Shown: piece by piece, positions 40,784 to 54,067 of the stretch
Layout: every line of letters begins with the position of its first letter
Numbering within the stretch: the first letter of the stretch is position 1
Assembly (NCBI RefSeq): GCF_006345805.1
Contig: NW_021824954.1
Coordinates: 372,001-436,000 of the forward strand
Length of the DNA stretch: 64,000 nucleotides
From: Octopus sinensis
Lineage: Eukaryota
Reading direction: 5' to 3'
The notes under the pieces: generated by a model
Database searches by the model: none
What the model saw: the letters and a program-made list of their open reading frames with translations, nothing else
What the model was told of the DNA's origin: nothing
Made by a program: the position numbers and the translations under genes

Positions 40784-41468
40784 ATGTATTTATATTTAAT
40801 AGTCAGTTATTAAAAGTGTTTATGTTTACGATTTCGAGTGTAATTGGTATAAATGAGTGGTTTGCTCCGCAAATTTCAGAGCATTGTCCATAATATAATC
40901 CAGGTCGATTGGAATAAAGGTTTAATTGATTTAGTCGACCTGGGATAGCATCTACTTTAATACCTAAAGAGGGTACAGTTCAGGAATGAATAACATCTGC
41001 GGATGAAATAATTATTCGAGTATTTGTTTTTATTGGAATAATTAGATGATGGTCTGTTTCTAGAAGTCGGAATGAACCTTCATTTAGTTCATTTAAAGGA
41101 ATTATATATGAATCAAATTCAATATTTATAAAATCTGAATATTCATATCTTCAATATCATTGGTGTCCTAGTGCTTTAATTGTAAGAAGTGGATTAATAG
41201 ATTCATCTAGTAAATAAAGTAATTTTAAAGATGGTAGTGCGAGGAAAAGTAGGATGATTCTGGGGATGATTGTTCAGATTGTTTCAATTTTTTGACTTTC
41301 TGTAATTATTAATGAAGAAAATTTGTTTGTTATTAATAAAACTGTAATATATATAACTAATGTTAGGATGATAATTAGAATAAATATAGAGTGATCATGG
41401 AAAAAAATAAGTTGTTCTATAAGGGGTGAATTTGCATCTTGAAATCCTAATTGTCCTCATTGGGTCAT
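40782..41468 (-). pseudogene. cox2: Cytochrome c oxidase subunit II (NUMT copy)
   Basis: 687 bp, [26 protein letters not shown]...[15 protein letters not shown]...*. Confidence 0.96.
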
Positions 41469-41479
41469 ATTATTTTAAA

Positions 41480-42983
<1,504 letters not shown>

Positions 42984-43012
<29 letters not shown>

Positions 43013-44021
43013 ATAGTAATATTGGGATAAAAATAATTGTTCCTAATATATTAAAACATATAATTGATTTTATATTTGTTATTATTTTATTTGTTTTAAA
43101 TATAAAGAATGATTTGATTATTAGTAGTATTATTAAATTTAGATAAAAATATAGTCTAATAAGGGTTCCAATAAATAATAATAAAGATAATAAAATCATA
43201 TTTATATTTAATAGTGAGTTGAGAACTATTAGTTTTGATAGAAATCCTAATGTAGGGGGAATACCTGCAAGGGATAAAATTAATATTATGGTGAAGATGT
43301 TTTCTTTATTTATATATATATTTTGTTCTGTTAATGAGTATGTGAAAAAGGTTGATTTTATAGAAAATGTAATAAATATAGGGAGAATAATAATTGTATA
43401 AATTAGTAGATAATTGAATATTAGAAAATTATTGATAAAGCAGATCGGTAATATTCATCCTAAATGAGAAATTGATGAATATACTATAATTAATTGTAGG
43501 CTAGATTGATTAATAGCTTGAATTCTACCTAAGATAGAACTTATGAAAGCTGATAGGATTATAATAATATAATTAAAGTTAATGAAAGACAATATAAATA
43601 ATGGTGCTAATTTTTGTCATGTTAAAATTAAAAATAATATTAGTCATCTTATTTGTTTACATATAGAAGGTAGTCAGAAATGAAAAGGAGCTCTTCCCAA
43701 TTTAATTAGTAGAGAAATAATTATAATAGGGGAGAATAAAGAGTTATTAAATATTGAGAATATAGAAATTGAAGATATATATATAAAGATTGATCTTCTA
43801 ATAAATAACGATGATCTTATTGATTGAATAATAAAATATTTTATAGATCTCTCGATTTCAAAATTTTTAGATTTAATATTTATTAGGGGTAAAATTCCTA
43901 TTAAATTTAATTCTAAGCCTATTCATATTATTAGCCAATGAGATGATGATAAAGATATAATTGTACCTATGATTATTATGATAATAAATATAAAATTGGC
44001 AGGGAAAAATTTATTGTTCAT
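42984..44021 (-). pseudogene. nad2: NADH dehydrogenase subunit 2 (NUMT copy)
   Basis: 1038 bp to the first TAA, MNNKFFPANF...WMGLELN. Overlaps the cox1 start by 29 bp; the true end may be an abbreviated stop. Confidence 0.9.
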
Positions 44022-44090
44022 AAAGAGTAGTACAATTATGAATTGCTCATAATAAAGTTAGCAGCTTTATTATATAACATTATTACTCTT
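44022..44090 (-). tRNA. trnS1: mt tRNA-Ser (GCT, AGN), NUMT copy
   Basis: Anticodon arm AAAGCTGCTAACTTT, D-arm absent, located between nad3 and nad2. Confidence 0.85.
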
Positions 44091-44439
44091 ATATTCAATT
44101 TAAGGATCCTTGATTTCATTCATGAAGTAATCCAATAATTAGGATAATGAGGAAAGTTATAGAGGATGATAAATAAATAGTTGAGGGTGAAAATAAGAGG
44201 TTAATAATTATTGGTATTAATAAAATGATTTCTACGTCAAAGATTAGAAAAATTACTGCTAATAAAAAAAAACGCATGGAAAAAGGAGATCGAGTATATC
44301 ATGAAGGGTCAAAACCACATTCAAAAGGAGAATTTTTTTCACGGTTTATATTATTTTTAAATATAATTAATGATCTAATAATAAATAAAATAACATTAAG
44401 GATAATAAGAAATAATGCAAATAGAGAAAAAGAATACAT
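44089..44439 (-). pseudogene. nad3: NADH dehydrogenase subunit 3 (NUMT copy)
   Basis: 351 bp, MYSFSLF...EKNSPFECGFDP...IFLIFDVEI...HEWNQGSLNWM*. Confidence 0.96.
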
Positions 44440-44507
44440 AAGTATAGAAGATAATTTTTCTTATAATTTATAACATCAATATAATCCGTTCATTCCGGCG
44501 CTATACT
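44440..44507 (-). tRNA. trnI: mt tRNA-Ile (GAT), NUMT copy
   Basis: Acceptor AGTATAG/CTATACT; anticodon GAT. Confidence 0.85.
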
Positions 44508-44577
44508 CCAGTGAAGAAATAAAATATTTCAGTTTTTTAATTAACAGTTAAATGCCGCTTATTTTGGCTTTTCACTG
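44508..44577 (-). tRNA. trnN: mt tRNA-Asn (GTT), NUMT copy
   Basis: Acceptor CAGTGAA/TTCACTG; anticodon arm TTTAACTGTTAATTAAA. Confidence 0.85.
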
Positions 44578-44579
44578 AA

Positions 44580-44641
44580 ACAAGGGTAAAAAAATATTAC
44601 CTAATTATGGGTCGAAACCATATATGAAAATTCATTTCTTG
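44580..44641 (-). tRNA. trnR: mt tRNA-Arg (TCG), NUMT copy
   Basis: Anticodon arm ATGGTTTCGACCCAT. Confidence 0.85.
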
Positions 44642-44642
44642 A

Positions 44643-44712
44643 ATGGTATTAAATAAATTAGTTATTACTTTTTAATTGCAAGTTAAATTTTCTTATATAA
44701 AATATAATACCA
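44643..44712 (-). tRNA. trnA: mt tRNA-Ala (TGC), NUMT copy
   Basis: Acceptor TGGTATT/AATACCA; anticodon TGC. Confidence 0.85.
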
Positions 44713-44777
44713 ATTAAGGATTATATAATCATAGCTAGATTAAAAGTCTAGTGCTTATTTGGTTTCAGCCACTTAAT
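44712..44777 (-). tRNA. trnK: mt tRNA-Lys (TTT), NUMT copy
   Basis: Anticodon arm CTAGACTTTTAATCTAG. Confidence 0.85.
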
Positions 44778-44796
44778 AAAGTTAATAATAATTATT

Positions 44797-45576
44797 TTAT
44801 GAACCTCATCAATATACAAAAGTATATAAAAATAGTCATACTACGTCTACAAAATGTCAGTATCAAGCCGCAGCTTCGAATCCAAAATGGTGTGAAGAGG
44901 AAAAATGATTTATTAAGATTCGTAATAAACATATTAGAAGGAAGGTTGATCCAATAATTACATGTAAGCCGTGAAAACCTGTTGCTACAAAGAAAGTTGA
45001 ACCATAAATTCTATCTGAAATAGAAAATGATGCTTCTATATACTCTAATATTTGGAGGATTGTAAAATAAAACCCTAAGGAAATAGTAATAATTATAGAG
45101 TGAGTTGCGGATTTTAAATCATTATTTATTAGTGAATGGTGTGCTCAGGTGACGGATACACCGGAGGCTAACAAGATTGCTGTATTTAATAAGGGAATTT
45201 GGAAAGGATTAAGGGGAAAAATATAAATAGGAGGTCAACATGATCCAATATCTATATTAGGAGCTAAACTACTATGGAAATAGGCTCAAAAGAAAGCAAA
45301 AAAGAAACATACTTCTGAAATAATAAAGAGTATTATACCTCATCGAAGGCCATTATATACTTTAGATGTGTGGAAGCCTTGAAATGTACTTTCTCGAATA
45401 ATATCACGTCATCATTGAATTATGGTTAAAATTATAAGTAGTAAACCAAAAAAAATAAGGGTATTTTCATAATTGTGAAATCATGAGGAAAGTCCTGTTG
45501 TTAAAAATAAAGCTCTTATGGATCCTGTTAATGGTCAGGGTCTAAATTCAACTAAATGAAATGGATTTCGAGTCAT
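44797..45576 (-). pseudogene. cox3: Cytochrome c oxidase subunit III (NUMT copy)
   Basis: 780 bp, MTRNPFHLVEFSPWPLTGS...[23 protein letters not shown]...WWGS*. Confidence 0.96.
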
Positions 45577-46222
45577 AAATAATAATAATATTTATTAAAA
45601 GAAGTTTAATATATTGACAAAAATTGGACAAATTTAGATGTATGATCCAAAAAGGGCCAATTTTTGTCAAGAGAAAAGAGGGGGGTGAGGGTGTTTTAAA
45701 AAATGTTAGTTTTATGTATATAGTATATACAATAATTTATATATTAATACAATTACATGAAATCTTCGTTGGTTTTGAAAAAATTGATGTTTTAAAAGTG
45801 AGATAAGCATCTTTAAAATATTCTATATATTTTTAATATTTTTATTAAATTAACGATTTTTGTAAATAAAAGTTATAAATAATATGTAAATTTATATTTA
45901 TGTATTTTATAAATTGATAATTGGGGTCTGTGGTGGTTGATTTTTATACTTGGATGTAACTCAGGATAAATATACTTAATTCTTTGTTTGTTTATATGTA
46001 GTATATAAATATTATATAAATATCACAGAAATAATTAAGTTTCTTAATGGTATATAAATTATATTGTGTTTGAGTATAAAAATGATTAGTATAGATTTAT
46101 TTTGTAATTATGTTTTATAAATTCTATTTGTGTTTTGTAATAAATTATATAAATATCTTGTTATTGGAATATAGTTTTTTAGAATATTGAGTTATACAAC
46201 TTGTATATTATATACATATCTT
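45577..46222. promoter_or_regulatory. Mitochondrial control region (NUMT copy)
   Basis: ~650 bp AT-rich non-coding stretch between the cox3 start and trnE, which is its position in octopod mitogenomes. Confidence 0.8.
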
Positions 46223-46291
46223 AATATTTTTGTGGTGTAATTTGCACGAAAGATTTTCAATTTTTAGGAATAATAATTATTATGTATATTA
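46223..46291 (+). tRNA. trnE: mt tRNA-Glu (TTC), NUMT copy
   Basis: Anticodon arm AAAGA-TTTTCAA-TTTTT. Confidence 0.75.
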
Positions 46292-46304
46292 TCAAAAGTA
46301 TTCG

Positions 46305-46370
46305 GTTTTATTAGTATAAGAAGTATGATTGTTTTCCAAACAATTGGTTTAAATTTATTTAAATGAAATA
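46305..46370 (+). tRNA. trnG: mt tRNA-Gly (TCC), NUMT copy
   Basis: Anticodon arm ATTGT-TTTCCAA-ACAAT; acceptor GTTTTAT/ATGAAAT. Confidence 0.8.
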
Positions 46371-46375
46371 GACTA

Positions 46376-46446
46376 TTTATGATTTGGTGTATGGGCATAT
46401 AAAGTTTTGATCTTTAAGGAAAAGGTTCAAGTCCTTTTTTTGTAAA
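46376..46446 (+). tRNA. trnQ: mt tRNA-Gln (TTG), NUMT copy
   Basis: TAAAG-TTTTGAT-CTTTA; T-arm AAGGTTCAAGTCCTT. Confidence 0.85.
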
Positions 46447-46512
46447 GAGTTTTAAGTTAAATTAAACTAAAAGTTTTCAAGACTTTAAATAGATAATTAT
46501 ATTTAAATTCTG
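46446..46512 (+). tRNA. trnW: mt tRNA-Trp (TCA), NUMT copy
   Basis: AAAGT-TTTCAAG-ACTTT. Confidence 0.85.
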
Positions 46513-46579
46513 TGTGAGGTGGTCGAAATTTTTAGTCGGTAGATTGTAAATCTATTTATAAGTGTTTACTTTCTCATGG
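46513..46579 (+). tRNA. trnY: mt tRNA-Tyr (GTA), NUMT copy
   Basis: GTAGA-TTGTAAA-TCTAT. Confidence 0.85.
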
Positions 46580-46640
46580 TTTTATATTTTAATTAAAATA
46601 TTAAATTGCAAATTTAAAGATACATGTTTATGTTAAAACT
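46579..46640 (+). tRNA. trnC: mt tRNA-Cys (GCA), NUMT copy
   Basis: TTAAA-TTGCAAA-TTTAA. Confidence 0.85.
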
Positions 46641-46646
46641 TGTTTT

Positions 46647-46714
46647 GATAAAGTAAGCTAAGTAAGCTATTGGGTTCATACCTCGAAAATAGATTTTGTA
46701 TTGTCTCTTTATTA
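46647..46714 (+). tRNA. trnM: mt tRNA-Met (CAT), NUMT copy
   Basis: AGTAAGCTAAGTAAGCTATTGGGTTCATACCTCG, the typical mt trnM signature. Confidence 0.88.
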
Positions 46715-47520
46715 TATATATTAATTTGACTTTGGTTTTGTTTTTAATTATTATAATTTTATACATGTTAGGTTTATTTAATATATATATATATATATAT
46801 ATTGCGCTTTTATGTTGATATTTATTTTGTATTTATTATAGTAAAGTTTAATATTTATTATAAGGGTACTTTTAATTTAATATTAAGTGGTTTTTAATAT
46901 GTTAATTGATATTTCAGTATATTTATTTATACAATAGATGAGAGTTTTATATAGAAATTATAGATTATAATTGGATAAATTTGTGCCAGCATCTGCGGTT
47001 ATACTTATAATTAAGATTAAAAGTTTTTGGTTTAAAGTAAAGTAAGACAATTTTCTTTTAAAAGAAAATTATATAGTTGGTTTTTTGGTAAAATTTTTAG
47101 AATTAGCTTGTTTGTTTATGTTTTTCTTTATTGTTAATACTTTGAAATTTTGAAAATAAACTAGGATTAGATACCCTATTATTTCTTATTGTAAAAATTG
47201 ATTTTGTTTACCTAAGTATTATGAAAATGACTAAGATAGTTAGTTATTGATTGTTGTTTAAAACTTAAAAGGTTTGGCGGTTTTACATATCCAGTTAGGG
47301 GAGTTTGTTAATATAATTTGATAATCCACATTTTAAACTTACTTTTTTTTGAATTATATATATATATAACGGTTTATATATTGCTGTCGGCAGTTTATAT
47401 TTTAAGAATAAAAGGACTTTTGAATTTTAGGATTTATATGTCAAGTCATAATGTAGCTGATAAAGAAGGTTTAATGGACTACTATAATTTATATTATTTA
47501 CTTATCCGGATAATGAAAAT
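46715..47520 (+). rRNA. rrnS: mt 12S rRNA (NUMT copy, 3'-truncated)
   Basis: Conserved blocks TGTGCCAGCATCTGCGGTTATAC (~46982), AAACTAGGATTAGATACCCTATTAT (~47158) and AAACTTAAAAGGTTTGGCGG. Fades into nuclear microsatellite after ~47520. Confidence 0.92.
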
Positions 47521-48179
47521 TAACACATACATATTTGTATTTGTATATATGTGTGTATATATACATGCATACATACAGACCTATACACGCACGCATATAT
47601 GTAAGCATTGTGCAAGTATATTGAGAGAGAGAAAAAGACAGAGGGAGGGAGAGAGAGAGAGAGAGAAGGGTGAGAGAATAGGGAAGAGAAAGAGAGAGAG
47701 AAAGATATTTTGATTGTTTGAATTGAAGATGGTGTAAAAAGACACCGGTTGGTAATTATCCAGCCCCACGTCTGAATGTTATTAAAGTTTTGAATATCAG
47801 ATAGTGTGCTCACACACGCACGCACACGCGCACTCTAAACCATGTATCCGCACAAATATGGTAGTGGAAAAAAAAAACAGAAACCGTGATATAACTATCT
47901 TAAATATATTTAAGAACGTGATCTGCTTAATATTTGCTCTTAAAAGAATCTCAATGAAGAGTTCAGAAAATGTCCTCTGTAATGATTTTAGACAAAATGG
48001 TGAACAGTTCTTTTTCTTGTGAATCAAATGTTTGAGATCTTTTTATAGAAAATAGGATGTTAATTTCTGGGACAATTAGCCTCATCTTTTGAAATAATTC
48101 TTAAAAATATCTCCCTATAATATCGATATCTACACTACATCTCGGTCAGGTCAGTTTGATCACCGATTGATACCAGTAT

Positions 48180-48880
48180 CTAAGTTTACATGTTTACACT
48201 TTTATCGCCTTCAAAGCATTTTCCAATTGAAGCAGTGTATCGGTGCTGGCGCGTTTTTCACTATTCAAAATGGTGCTGGAACTCTTGCGAAGTGATGCCT
48301 TTTAACGCCTCCGTCATTTTTATTTACACCTCTTCCACATCTGCAAATTCCGTAGCACCAGCTTTCATCACCAGTCTTCCTACTGTTCCTTCAGTTCATG
48401 ACACATATTCAGTCGTGACTGATTTTGATCTTCCGTGAGCAAGTGAGGCACAAATTTTGCTGCGACTCTTTTCATTCGCAATTCCTCACTCGAAATTCTT
48501 TGGCAGAAGCTCCAGGACAGACCACTCCTATCAACAAGTTCGTCAATTGTTCGGTGATGGTCCTCCAAGATCAGTTCATGAATTTTTATGATGTTTTCAT
48601 TCGTTTGGAACGTCGACGGTCGTTCTGAACGATGTTGGTCTTCAAGCGACAAGTGACCATTCCTAAAGCGTGAAAATCACTCGTAAACTGTTTGAAGCAT
48701 GACAACTGTTTTGGTCACCGTTTTCCCCAGCAGAAAACAGAATTTCACGGAAGCACGATGTTCGTTCGTTTCAGCCATCGCAAAAATCGATGAACAGGGA
48801 GAAGCACTGCAAAAAAGACTGATGCCTGAGGGTCGCATCAAGTGGCTTCTAGAGGCGAAAGCTTCAAGTACAACAGGCTT
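48180..48880 (-). mobile_element. Internally deleted mariner (irritans-like)
   Basis: MAETNEHRASVKFCFLLGK and RMKRVAAKFVPHLLTEDQ joined directly to C-terminal residues; catalytic core missing. Confidence 0.75.
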
Positions 48881-49664
48881 GTCCCACATTAACGTTATAA
48901 CTCGTTGAGGAGTCTTTTTAAGGTATTGCCTTGATGACAACCATAATCTCAAGTATTATTGTTTCTTTGATAACCTTAGTTTTGATATTTTCTTCAAAAA
49001 GGCTAATAAAAATCGTTTCAGTTGTTTGATCATCAACGATCTTCAAGCCATATTCAGCTACCTATTTATTTGGTAGAATTTCTGGGATACATTCGGATAT
49101 TTCCAGAAATAACTTCTATCTGAATGTTTCATAGCAAATTCCAATTCCATAGTTCTAGAATGGATTCTAACCCGAAAGTTAGTAAGGAACTTAAAATACA
49201 TATGTAAGCGCTTAAAAAGACAAAGGTTTACTTTTGAAGTCCAGTCTCATCGTATCTGTAGATCTCAGAAATATGACCTCTAATGACAATTAGTGATTAA
49301 ACAGATTTATATTCAGTGCCGATGTGTTTGAAATAAAAGGATACTGTTTCTAAAGATGAAGTTAATATTTCGAAAAAAATTATTATCCCGACTTAAATTA
49401 TTTTGCGAATAATTTGACATGCAAATCTAATTCAGATAGTGATCTCTCTGAATTTAGTTGAAAGGTTTTGCCCAATGAAGTTTAAAGTGTTGACAGAGCT
49501 TCGTATAATATAACTGATTCAGTGAAATCAGATTCATGATTTTTGTCTCGTTAAATTTTGCTCTTGTTGCTGAAATAGCATTTGGAGTATGATAGTGAAT
49601 TTCAAATCAAGTCGCGAATCTCTATACAGTCTCTCTATCCGCTAGAACTAGCAAGCAAACTTCT

Positions 49665-52470
49665 TGCTCATGGAAAAACTCCTTAAAACTCATGGGTACC
49701 ATAACATTGAGGGCAGGTGCATTCTTTTTTTCTTTTCTTTACTTTTCTCCAACTACAGGCGTATGCTCAGGGCAGGTCCGTTTACACGCACCATTCTCGT
49801 CACTTTCCGCCATCTTTCAAAAAGCTGGGTAGAAGACAATATTTCCCTCTCTATCCCTATTTTCCTTTTTAAAGGAAACTTGAAGAAGTTCACTAGGGAT
49901 TGGCCGAAGAAAAAAGTGTTTGCCTTTAGTCACTTCAGTTTCGTCCACCATACAATCTCTTTCGCCATGGCTCCCAGGCATATAAACACGGCCTTTCCTC
50001 CCCGGTTAAAGGTGGCGGGGTGATCATCACGATGGACTCAGTTGAGAGCTGGATCCGTCCTGCAGGCGACATCAAGTCTTCGACATGAACCCACGGGTCA
50101 ACAATACTCTGGTATTGGACGAGTGCATGTAGGACTGTCACCCAGCGCCCATTTCGGACACTTCTGTGCCTGTATAGTTTATCTCGAACAGGCAAACCTC
50201 CCCGGTAATACTGCCAGGTCAGAAATTTTTGGAAGGTATCTATTATTCCCGGGCCAAAAGTTCTTCCGAAAAGAGCGAGTAGCTGATCTTCTTCGACATT
50301 CAAAGTCTTCCCAAGAACTTCGTCGCACTTTCCCTCAACTAATCCTCTATAAAAAGCTAAAGTGGACATTCCATCTGAGGTTCCATCAGATGTTTTATCT
50401 GACGGCTGTGAGTGCTTGAAAACATTCTACTTTCCAAATGTCCTCTTTCGGTCTCTGTTTTACTCAGGACTGCAGCTCCGTTAAAGAAATTAGCTGGGGA
50501 AATACATGTCTGGCGAACGACGACTACATCTGTTCACCATCAAGGAAGCGGTGGAGGCGTCATAGCCACAGCGCAATGTCTGCGCATCATCAACCACGAC
50601 AGGCCCAGACCAACACGCAGTAGATGTTGACAGTAGGTAGACCACCTGACCATCGGGACGCGTTCCTTCCACAAGAAGTATACACTTCAACGTAATCAGA
50701 CAGTGGCCGGGACAAGGCACAACAGTCAAACGGTAGTAGATGACGGACGCGATGTACGCATAAGCCACTTCTGCATGTCCTTTTAAGGACAGCTTCCTCT
50801 AGGACCATTTCTCGGTGAGAGTAGTCACCCTGCTCGTTACTTCGACCCAGTTTTTGTCCATCTAGAGGTCCAGATCTAACCAGACCCCGAGCAATTTAAC
50901 TTTCTAGCACACAACGACGCAGCTGGATGGCATGTACTTGCTTCTCCTGGCGCCGAATTGCAATCTCGCTGATTTTTCCTCGTTAATTGTAGCTTCTGAT
51001 ACTGCCCCATAGTCTCTGAGAGTGGTACTGATCATTTCCATATGATTATGATCCGACACCACTACAGTGACGTCGTCGGCGTATGTCGACACGCATTTTC
51101 CACATCCTAGGTCACGTAGGATGCCTCTCAACGCCACCAGCTTGTGTAGTAGTGGATCGAGAGTCGGTACGTGCAAGAATGACAGGACAACCATGCCGGA
51201 CCGAGTGCATGATGTTGAATGGTTCTGAAAAGTGACTATTCATTCTGATCATCAAGAGATGTCGCAGTGCATTGCAGCGATCCAGCCCTTGAATACGGGC
51301 CCGAAACCATCTGCCTTGACGACCGCTGCCAAGTATAGATGCTCGACCCCCATCGAAAGCTTTAGACTGATTTGAATTGATCAGAGCCTCACCCATGCCA
51401 GGTTCTTTAGCTACTGTCTCAATGATGTATCGCATGAGGTGGGGGTTGTCATGGATGTATCTTTTCGGGATGGCACATGCTTTTGCCTCCCCTACCAGAT
51501 CACTGTCGACAAGCGCCAACCTCGTAGCTAATACCTTGGCCAAAATTTTGAACTCTGTATTGAGCAGAGTTATGGGCCTAAAGTTGTCAATACAGTCCCC
51601 CTTGCTTGGGTCTTTTCTCAGTAGCGCCACCGCTCTTCGGCTCACAAAACTAAGAATTCTCTCATTCTCCTGACAGTTGCAGAAAAAGTTTGCTAAGAGC
51701 TCGCCGAACAAGTCTGGCATGTAAGCGTAATTTTTGTGGGGCAGACCATTCAAACCAGGCGATTTACCCCTCGTGCAGCTAGCCATTGCTTCCCGTATTT
51801 CAAAAGTTGTTATCAGCATTTCGCAGCGCCTTGCCCCCGTCGCCGATATCCACAGCAGCCCGTCAGGTAGGACGTCAAATATATCCTGCGACCTGCTCAC
51901 CGCTACTACCAAACATTTGAGCGAAGCACTGCTGAAAGGCTTCACACATCTGTCTCAGATCAGTCACCATTTGCCCGCCGTGGTCCGGCAAGGATCAGAT
52001 CGTGGATTTATTGCCACGCCGTGTCTCTGTCACTCGGAACCATTGAACGGCTTTCGTCACTTCGTGTCTAAGAGCACGGGCCTTAGCACTGGAAACGCAA
52101 CCTTCGTGTTTCGCGTTGAAAAATTGGTCGAGTGCCAATTTCGCTGCGAGCCCGTCGGTCGCGATGCCTTTTCTAAACATCACGTCTAACTTCTTGACTA
52201 GCTTCGCCTCTACACTGTTTCTTTCTACTGCTGGTCATTTGCTAAATCTTTTTGATTTTATTCACCTTCTTCAGGGCGAACCACCATTTATTATTGATGA
52301 CATTCCCCGTTAACGCTCTATTAACTAGTTCACTAATCCGGTCTCTGAAATTTTTACGCACCAGCAACGACGTGTTCAGCTTCCAGTAACCGGATCTCTG
52401 TCTATGGAGCCTATCTAAGTCGACTGTACAGATCACGAATTTATGGTCTGTGTATAGGGCATGATAAATT
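49665..52470 (-). mobile_element. 5'-truncated, degenerate Tx1/L1-like LINE ORF2
   Basis: YTDHKFVICT...SGYWKLNTSLL, GKSPGLNGLP, NFRPITLLNTEFKILAKVL, TYADDVT, then a C-terminal region homologous to 13265-14329. Confidence 0.85.
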
Positions 52471-52474
52471 AACA

Positions 52475-52934
52475 TGTGAATAAAAACAGAGAAGCTATAC
52501 CTAGATCTTCAACACTACACACTATCCAAAAAATAGCTCTGCTAGGAACATCCGACATCCAACGCAAGACACTATCAATCCAATGATACAACCTAAACAA
52601 AACAACTGACAAATATAAGACACACTCTATATAGCAATTACCCAGTGAAATAAACTTCTACCAGCAATCCGTATAACTAATGCGTTAGACACTCAACACA
52701 CAATACAAGCAGTAACACAACAAAAGACTGCACCACACCTCAAGAGAAAAGAAGGACTAAATAACACAATACAATACCAGGAAGAGTTCGCACATTCCCA
52801 ACATCAGGAAAGAATACACAATGCTTCACACACCCCAGCAACACGGAAGTGTAGCAGATGATGTAGTAGAAATTTGCCTCAATCTACCAAATATTGAACA
52901 GTTATATATAATAATGATAATAATAATAATAATA

Positions 52935-52980
<46 letters not shown>
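52475..52980 (+). mobile_element. 3' end of an R4/Dong-like retrotransposon with (TAA)n tail
   Basis: IPRSSTLHTIQKIALLGTSDIQRKTLSIQ* is homologous to the C-terminus of ORF 52985-53857. 3' UTR, then (TAA)n at 52909-52980. Confidence 0.65.
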
Positions 52981-52981
<1 letters not shown>

Positions 52982-54026
52982 CTCGTGCAGGATACCCAAA
53001 CTGAACAACCCGAGGGAAGTACGGCAACTATTGTTGCAAAGAAGGTGAAAATGATGGCAATGAAAAAAGCGCACGAGCAATTGGCTGATAGGTGGGAGGA
53101 GAAACCTCTGCACGGCAAATATGTGACCCGCAGCAAACAAGCTGATGTTGACCAGAAGCAAACCCATCAGTGGCTACGGAGCTCAGGGCTAAAAGCAGAG
53201 AGCGAAGGTTTCATCCTGGCTGCTCAAGATCAAAGCCTATTAACCCGGAACTACCAGGCCAATGTGATGAAAAATGGAGCAGACCCAAAATGCCGATTCT
53301 GCAACGACATGATTGAAACAGTGGACCACCTAATCTCTGGATGTAAAGTCTTAGCACCAGTGGAGTATAAATTAAGACATGACAGAGTTGGCCAATATCT
53401 CCACTGGCTAATAAGTCGGCATTACAATATCAAAACTGCCGACAAGTGGTATAAACACCACCCTGAGGCTGTAACTGAAGGTGAAAATGTAACCATTCTG
53501 TGGGACTTTCCAGTACATACAGACCGAACCATCAAGGCCAATAAACCAGATATTGTTGTGAAAGACCAAAACAATAAAGTTTGCTTATTGATCGACATGA
53601 GCATCCCCTGTGATCATAATATCTCAGCGAAAGAGTTTGACAAGCTCAGAAAGTATAAAGACCTACTCATTGAAATTGAGAAAATGTGGCATCTCAAGGC
53701 GGTTACAATACCAGTGATCGTAGGAGCACTAGGAATGATCAAGAAGGGAACCGAAAATTATATGAGAATGATCCCTGGCTTACCATCCCTGCAAGAAGTG
53801 CAAAAGATTGTCTTAACTGGTACATCACACGTATTGAGAAGAGCATTGTCGATGTGAGAACTGTTGTTGCTCATGTATTTTAATTTAACTTAAAAAAAAA
53901 AAAAATGAACGAACTACTGAGTTTGGTTTAATGGCCTACCAATGTATACTATGAGTTTCTTTGCCCTAGGAGTCGGGAAGACACTCGGCAAGAAATGGAA
54001 GCAAATTTGAAAGAAGAAAAAAAAAA

Positions 54027-54067
<41 letters not shown>
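52981..54067 (+). mobile_element. 5'-truncated R4/Dong-clade retrotransposon (CCHC, RHD, restriction-like endonuclease)
   Basis: Uninterrupted 290 aa frame 52985-53857: CRFC...ETVDHLISGC, RHDRV, KPDIVV...IDMSIP...KYKDL. (TAA)n on both sides. Confidence 0.9.

Noticed and set aside
46223-46370. Apparent loss of trnG from the NUMT (gene-order change)
   Set aside because: Careful parsing shows 46305-46370 has a TCC anticodon (Gly) and trnE lies at 46223-46291, so the order E-G-Q-W-Y-C-M is native.
52985-53857. Host gene or domesticated nuclease for the 290 aa ORF
   Set aside because: It begins at a retrotransposon 5'-truncation junction with no ATG context and ends in a (TAA)n tail, so it is a TE fragment.
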